From Patescibacteria group bacterium (GTDB lineage: Bacteria > Patescibacteriota > WWE3 > UBA101185 > UBA10185), in NCBI GenBank assembly GCA_042571445.1, contig JBHPFT010000003.1, positions 1 through 32,185 of the forward strand: 32,185 bases of DNA. Direction: 5' to 3'. The notes below the pieces were generated by a model. The model saw only the letters and a program-made list of their open reading frames with translations. It did no database searches and was not told the DNA's origin. Both the position numbers and the translations under genes were made by a program. The stretch's first letter is position 1; every line of letters begins with the position of its first letter. Below are positions 28,328-32,185 of this stretch, in pieces.

Positions 28328-28921
28328 ATGTATTTTACTCATAGTTTAGCTGGTGCAGTATCAACGAAGTTAGTACTTCAAGATAAAGAAAGTATCTTTT
28401 CAAAAATTGAAAGAGACATTTTATGGTTTGTTGGTATCACAGCATCAGTATTTCCAGATTTTGATCTAATAATATATTTCTTAAACCCTAATTCCACAAG
28501 TCATAGGCAGTGGATAACACACAGTGTTGTTTTATATGGAATAGCATCAGTAATACTTTTGGCTTTTGGATTCTTTTATAAGAAGAAAGCAAAGTTTGGA
28601 AGACAGTTTTGTATGAGTCTAGCTTTAGTTTTTATCTTTGGAGTTATTACACACTTGGTTTTAGATTACTTAGTTGGTGGTATAGCTTTATTTTTACCTT
28701 TTGATAGATCTACTTATGGTTATGAAATAGAGTGTAAAGAAGGAGGTGACTGGATAACAGACTATATCTCTTCCTGGTATATGCTGTCGGAAGCAGTACT
28801 TATTGGAGCCTACCTTTTAGTTGCTAAGAGTATAAAAAACAGGATTGGTAAAGTGTTACCTCTTTTTTATGTCGCTATATCGATACTAGCAGCTGTCCTA
28901 GTTGGAATATTTATAGTTTGA
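28328..28921 (+). CDS. metal-dependent hydrolase, YdjM-like membrane protein
   Basis: TH, SVFPDFD, HRQWITHS, THLVLD motifs; TATAAT 8 nt before ATG 28328. Confidence 0.85.
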   Translation: MYFTHSLAGAVSTKLVLQDKESIFSKIERDILWFVGITASVFPDFDLIIYFLNPNSTSHRQWITHSVVLYGIASVILLAFGFFYKKKAKFGRQFCMSLALVFIFGVITHLVLDYLVGGIALFLPFDRSTYGYEIECKEGGDWITDYISSWYMLSEAVLIGAYLLVAKSIKNRIGKVLPLFYVAISILAAVLVGIFIV

Positions 28922-28945
28922 CAAACCCCGTATCTGTAGTATAAT
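28918..28945 (+). promoter_or_regulatory. consensus sigma70 promoter
   Basis: TTGACA (28918-28923), 16 nt, TATAAT (28940-28945). Confidence 0.75.
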
Positions 28946-28988
28946 ACCCTCTAGTATAGTGCGCAAATAAAATAGGATGGAGGAAAAA

Positions 28989-29612
28989 ATGACTGGTCTT
29001 CAAGATCTTATGGCGATGAAAATAGATGTCATACTCGATCTATTCAAAAATTACACGTTACCCAAGGGGTACCAAGAAAGAATAAAAAGGTATTACATAT
29101 TTCGAGGCGAGGACGCTGTAGTATCAGCAGCAAGTCACGAGAGTGATGACAAGCATGGAAGAAAGAAAGTCGCGTTTAATGCCGATAAAATGCCTGAGGA
29201 ATTAAGAATATTTGATGATCTGGGAAGAGGATCCTGGATAATCCCATTCATATCAGGTATGTGGCGGTTTAGAAACTCGTCTTGCGAAATTGATCCGCTT
29301 CAGGCTTTCACAACTCACTTCCACCAAGCTATGTGTGAAGTTTGGGAACCTGTCGAAGGTATTTTGTCTGTGGTGTTTGAAGGTGGCGATCTTGTTCATG
29401 TTTACGCAGGAGACATAATTGCTATCCCTCTCCAGACCTCGCATAAGCAACTAAACCTGACAGAAAAGCGTTTGGAGTACCGAGTAGATGGTTTTGATAT
29501 TCCGCTCGCACTTGGTGAAACTATTACTGATACAAAAGATGAAATACTGGATCTTACCAAGATCAACTGGTCTGACTACGGATTTAAAAAGCCACCTATT
29601 CTGGCCGATTAA
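28989..29612 (+). CDS. cupin-domain protein
   Basis: Motif 1 HFHQAMCEVWEPVEG and motif 2 GDIIAIPLQTSHKQLN; GGAGG at 28979-28983 favours ATG 28989. Confidence 0.7.
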   Translation: MTGLQDLMAMKIDVILDLFKNYTLPKGYQERIKRYYIFRGEDAVVSAASHESDDKHGRKKVAFNADKMPEELRIFDDLGRGSWIIPFISGMWRFRNSSCEIDPLQAFTTHFHQAMCEVWEPVEGILSVVFEGGDLVHVYAGDIIAIPLQTSHKQLNLTEKRLEYRVDGFDIPLALGETITDTKDEILDLTKINWSDYGFKKPPILAD

Positions 29613-29630
29613 ATCTCCTTGATCAAATAT

Positions 29631-29668
29631 AAGAAAAAGGTCCCCCGCACTGGGCCTTTTTTTCTTTT
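29631..29668 (+). terminator. probable intrinsic terminator
   Basis: AAAAAGGTCC...GGGCCTTTTTTT hairpin with a T-run, just after the cupin stop. Confidence 0.65.
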
Positions 29669-29672
29669 CCAT

Positions 29673-29704
29673 AGCAAATTTGCTGACCTTATAATAAAGA
29701 TACT
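29673..29704. repeat. 32-bp sequence repeated exactly at 32153..32184; contains the 12-bp palindrome AGCAAATTTGCT
   Basis: AGCAAATTTGCTGACCTTATAATAAAGATACT read at both locations. Confidence 0.95.
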
Positions 29705-29730
29705 TGCTTTTTTCTTCCCTTACACTCAGA

Positions 29731-29739
29731 TGTTATAAT
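29731..29739 (+). promoter_or_regulatory. extended -10 promoter for tRNA-Trp
   Basis: TGTTATAAT (TGnTATAAT) 10 nt before the tRNA 5' end. Confidence 0.65.
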
Positions 29740-29749
29740 TACGCTGTAA

Positions 29750-29825
29750 ACCGGCGTAGCTCAGTTGGCAGAGCGACGGTCTCCAAAACCGCAGGTCGCA
29801 GGTTCGATTCCTGCCGCCGGTGCCA
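29750..29825 (+). tRNA. trnW: tRNA-Trp(CCA), 76 nt, encoded CCA end, A27-C43 mismatch
   Basis: Acceptor stem ACCGGCG/CGCCGGT, D stem GCTC/GAGC, anticodon loop CTCCAAA, T arm GCAGG-TTCGATT-CCTGC, discriminator G73, then CCA. Confidence 0.97.
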
Positions 29826-29843
29826 ATAAGTTATACTTTAATT

Positions 29844-30866
29844 ATGAAAAGAATACTAACTGGAATTAGACCAACAGGACCACTTCACTTAGGGCACTTT
29901 GTAGGCGCACTTAAACAATGGATAAAACTTCAAGACGACTATGAATGTTACTTTCTACTTGCAGATATTCAAGCACTAACTACTCATGCTGATAATCCAA
30001 AATTAATTCAAGAGTCTATAAGAGAGGTAACGTTAGATATGTTATCTGTGGGTCTTGATCCATTAAAAGATAATGTTAATTTTGTTCTTCAAAGTGCAAT
30101 TCCTGAAATTAGTGAACTAACAACCTATTTCACGATGGTCACTCCCTTCACTTGGATACAAAAGAACCCCACTATAAAAGAAGAGTTAAAACAACTTAGT
30201 AAGGGTGCAACTCTTGGATTTATGAATTACCCTGTTTCTCAGGCGGCAGATATTCTAATGGTTTCTCCCAACCCTAAAGACTCGAAAGAGCCAGTTTTAG
30301 TGCCTGTTGGAAATGATCAAGTTCCCCATATTGAGTCTACTAATCGTGTTTCAAGGGCTTTTAATAGTACTTATGGTGAGACATTTGGAGAGTGTAAAGC
30401 GTTAGTTGGTGACATAGGTAGATTTGTAGGATTAGACGGTAATTCAAAAATGAGTAAATCATTAAATAATGCAATTTATCTAAAAGACAGTACCGAGGAA
30501 GTTAAGAAAAAGATAATGAGCATGTATACAGATCCAAAGAGGATTCATCCTGATGACCCAGGAACTGTAGAAGGTAACCCTGTATTTATATATCACGATG
30601 CATTTAATGAGAACAAAAAGGAAGTCAAAGATCTGAAGGAAAGATACGAGAAAGGTACAGTTGGAGACGTAGAAGTTAAAGAGAAGCTTTTTGACGCTAT
30701 TGAGAACTTTTTAGAGCCAATTAGACAGAAAAGAAAAGAGTTTGAGAATGAGGATATTATGAAATATGTATCCGATGGAACCAAGAAAGCCCAAGAACTA
30801 GCTGCTGGAAACGTTGACAGAGCAAGAAAAGCAATGGGTCTAGACTACCCTACCATTAGGTCCTAG
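29844..30866 (+). CDS. trpS: tryptophan--tRNA ligase (TrpRS II-like)
   Basis: RILTGIRPTGPLHLGH (HIGH), YPVSQAADI, VPVG.DQ.PHIE, KMSKS, MYTDP...DPG.VEGNPVF. Start is ATG 29844, not 29820 (inside the tRNA). Confidence 0.97.
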   Translation: MKRILTGIRPTGPLHLGHFVGALKQWIKLQDDYECYFLLADIQALTTHADNPKLIQESIREVTLDMLSVGLDPLKDNVNFVLQSAIPEISELTTYFTMVTPFTWIQKNPTIKEELKQLSKGATLGFMNYPVSQAADILMVSPNPKDSKEPVLVPVGNDQVPHIESTNRVSRAFNSTYGETFGECKALVGDIGRFVGLDGNSKMSKSLNNAIYLKDSTEEVKKKIMSMYTDPKRIHPDDPGTVEGNPVFIYHDAFNENKKEVKDLKERYEKGTVGDVEVKEKLFDAIENFLEPIRQKRKEFENEDIMKYVSDGTKKAQELAAGNVDRARKAMGLDYPTIRS

Positions 30867-30891
30867 TTTTCTACTAATATATAATTTTCCC

Positions 30892-31180
30892 ATGAGTTTA
30901 TTTGATAAAGAAAAGTTTTTGATTGGAATGGTTCATTTAAAGCCTCTTGTTGGTTATGAGGGGTTCGTTTCTATTGAAGATGTAGCTAAAGACGCAATTT
31001 CTGACGCTTTAAAGCTCAAAGAAGCTGGTTTTGACGCCATTATGATTGAGAATAATTACGATATACCTCATAAAGAGTTTATTACTAAAGAAAATGAAGA
31101 ATGTTTCAATGAAGTTGTTAAAAGTATTAGAGAAGCTGTTGGGAAAGAAGCTATTTTAGGTATAAATGCACTCTGGAATG
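30892..31180 (+). pseudogene. BtpA/SgcQ family protein, N-terminal fragment (broken at about 31180)
   Basis: IGMVHL.PL.G, DA..L.EAGFDAIMIENNYDIP, GINALWN, then homology stops abruptly. Confidence 0.85.
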
Positions 31181-31441
31181 GAACATGAGGATATTAGAAC
31201 AGCAAGAGATGAAGGAAAAACAATAATTGACCTAGTAGAAGAACAAGGTAGGACTCAAGAAGAATTCCAACAGTATATGCAAGACAGAGCTATTGAGAGA
31301 ATGCAAGAAAGAGGACTTTCTGAAGAAGAGATAGCAGAAAGACTAGAAATGATGGCTCAAAGACGAGCAGAAGGCTGCACAGGGACACCAAAAGGCCCTA
31401 GTGAGTTCTCAATGGGTAAAGGTAAGGGACTACATAGATAA
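31175..31441 (+). CDS. C-terminal fragment of a helical hypothetical protein joined to the BtpA fragment
   Basis: GMEHEDIRTARDEGKTIIDLVEEQG...; has no independent start signals and begins at the rearrangement junction. Confidence 0.55.
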   Translation, partial: GMEHEDIRTARDEGKTIIDLVEEQGRTQEEFQQYMQDRAIERMQERGLSEEEIAERLEMMAQRRAEGCTGTPKGPSEFSMGKGKGLHR

Positions 31442-31456
31442 AAACTGAATAGATAG

Positions 31457-31491
31457 AAAACACAAAAGAGCCGGTGACAAGTCATCGGCTC
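31457..31491 (-). terminator. intrinsic terminator, possibly bidirectional
   Basis: Hairpin GAGCCGGTGAC-AA-GTCATCGGCTC (31468-31491) with a minus-strand U-tract TTTTGTGTTTT. Confidence 0.75.
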
Positions 31492-31577
31492 ATTAGTGTT
31501 CAGGAAATGGATTTCTTCGGAAAGCTTGCGCTAACTAAATCGTCCGTGTCTTACACAAGTGCAAAACTTTCCTGAAC
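31460..31577 (-). ncRNA. candidate unannotated structured small RNA (about 118 nt)
   Basis: Own promoter, 10-bp closing stem GTTCAGGAAA/TTTCCTGAAC (31498-31507 with 31568-31577), internal hairpins, downstream terminator, no ORF. Confidence 0.6.
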
Positions 31578-31583
31578 TTTGAT

Positions 31584-31612
31584 AATTTACTAAATATGTA
31601 AAATAATGTCAA
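31584..31612 (-). promoter_or_regulatory. sigma70 promoter for the candidate sRNA
   Basis: TTGACA (31607-31612), 17 nt, TAAATT (31584-31589); predicted +1 at about 31577. Confidence 0.65.
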
Positions 31613-31625
31613 GTACTTTTTGGTG

Positions 31626-32141
31626 CTACTTATTTGTAAGATTATTAAACTTTTTAACGAAAGAAATTGCCTCTTTTAGATTTACTCTTTCCTCATAAGA
31701 TTTTAGATTTACTTCTTCTGACTTATCCTTTACTTTGCCTGTTTTTAATGCAGTACCAACAATAATTGCATCAGCATACTCTAAAAGAGTAGACATGTTA
31801 TCTTTCGTAGCACCACTCCCAATAATAATAGGAAAGTCTTTAACTGCTTTTCTAACACTTGCTAATTTTTCTAAATTAGGAGCATCTCCAGTCCACTTTC
31901 CAGTAACAATAAGCCCATCGCTATCTTTTTCAATAGCCTCTAAAGCACTATCTTCAATAGGCCTAATATTAAGTAACTCTGAATGTTTGACTTGGATATC
32001 AGTAAAAAGGCAAATATCTTCTGCTCCTAGTTCTTTTCTAAACTCAATAACTTTATACGCATGGCCCAATATATCTCCATAAGACGTTCTAACATGATCC
32101 ACGAACACTGCCACTCTGATAAATCTACAAGCAGTATCCTT
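31626..32141 (-). pseudogene. BtpA/SgcQ family protein, C-terminal fragment, inverted relative to its N-terminus
   Basis: KDTACRFIRVAVFVD...G...G.A..V...R, DIQVKHS, DGLIVTG..TG, IIGSG, ADAIIVGTALK. The frame hits a TGA at 32151-32153 inside the terminal palindrome. Confidence 0.85.
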
Positions 32142-32185
32142 ATTATAAGGTCAGCAAATTTGCTGACCTTATAATAAAGATACTG
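32132..32185. repeat. 54-bp palindrome (one mismatch) running to the window end
   Basis: CAGTATCCTTATTATAAGGTCAGCAAA|TTTGCTGACCTTATAATAAAGATACTG, centre 32158/32159, mismatch 32139/32178. Confidence 0.95.

Noticed and set aside
29673-29704. dif (XerCD) site or tRNA-associated att site
   Set aside because: No match to the 11-6-11 dif layout with a TTATGTTAAAT-like arm, and the repeat does not include the tRNA 3' end.
29613-29843. T-box riboswitch upstream of trpS
   Set aside because: The space is taken by a terminator, a promoter and the tRNA; there is no UGGNACC antiterminator bulge motif.
31166-31188. Programmed frameshift fusing the BtpA N-half to the downstream ORF
   Set aside because: There is no slippery sequence, and the genuine BtpA C-half is present nearby on the other strand, so a rearrangement explains the join.
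31460-31497. Hammerhead ribozyme core suggested by CUAAUGA followed by a stem on the - strand
   Set aside because: The core is not CUGAnGA and the required GAAA after stem II is absent; it is better explained as a terminator.
565-32082. Many short or antisense ORFs in the track (e.g. 565..966+, 1363..1575-, 2608..2871-, 8286..8579+, 9081..9428+, 17786..18145-, 22125..22412+, 26649..27056+, 29451..29672-, 31735..32082+)
   Set aside because: They lie within or opposite well-supported genes, show the Ser/Phe/Leu-rich composition of shadow frames and have no motifs or start signals.
29673-32164. Site-specific invertible segment bounded by the inverted copies of the 32-mer
   Set aside because: Flipping this segment would not rebuild btpA, the 31180 junction lacks the repeat, and no invertase is nearby.
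1-32185. Alternative genetic code (UGA = Trp or Gly)
   Set aside because: Conserved genes are full length under code 11, Trp motifs use TGG, and several genes end in TGA at natural C-termini with ATGA coupling.
1-32185. CRISPR array, IS element, integrase or prophage
   Set aside because: No periodic repeats and no transposase, recombinase or phage genes seen; the 32-bp repeat is not arranged as an array.

Overview
AT-rich, gene-dense bacterial window. The gene content (many GT-C glycosyltransferases, a half-size MFS, DUF389, Elp3, few Shine-Dalgarno sites) suggests a Patescibacteria/CPR genome, possibly WWE3-like; this is inference only. The standard code fits: UGA is used as a stop and there are no in-frame UGAs in conserved genes. 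1-12.1 kb: eight polytopic GT-C-type glycosyltransferases (two paralog families plus three singletons) and an FAD oxidoreductase. 12.1-18.4 kb: M16 peptidase, DUF389, an LPXTG-like surface protein, and an operon of SAM methyltransferase, HIT, thpR and pcm whose first gene overlaps head-to-head with Elp3. 18.4-28.9 kb: lipoprotein, DUF4870, DUF134 regulator with a candidate operator, cyclophilin, UDP-glucuronate decarboxylase, half-MFS, patatin, ROK kinase, nucleoside deoxyribosyltransferase-like protein, two glycoside hydrolases, LacD-like aldolase, AlkD-like protein and a YdjM-like hydrolase. 28.9-30.9 kb: cupin, tRNA-Trp(CCA) and trpS. 30.9-32.2 kb: a BtpA/SgcQ gene split in two with the second half inverted, an unannotated promoter-to-terminator structured RNA, and a 54-bp terminal palindrome; the rearrangement is probably an amplification or assembly chimera. 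Top leads: (1) Elp3 paired with a Trm9/ALKBH8-like methyltransferase, a possible eukaryote/archaea-style cm5U to mcm5U wobble-uridine pathway in a bacterium; (2) a candidate ~120-nt sRNA; (3) a tRNA-Trp with a 4-bp anticodon stem next to trpS; (4) pervasive leaderless and bidirectional -10 promoter architecture.
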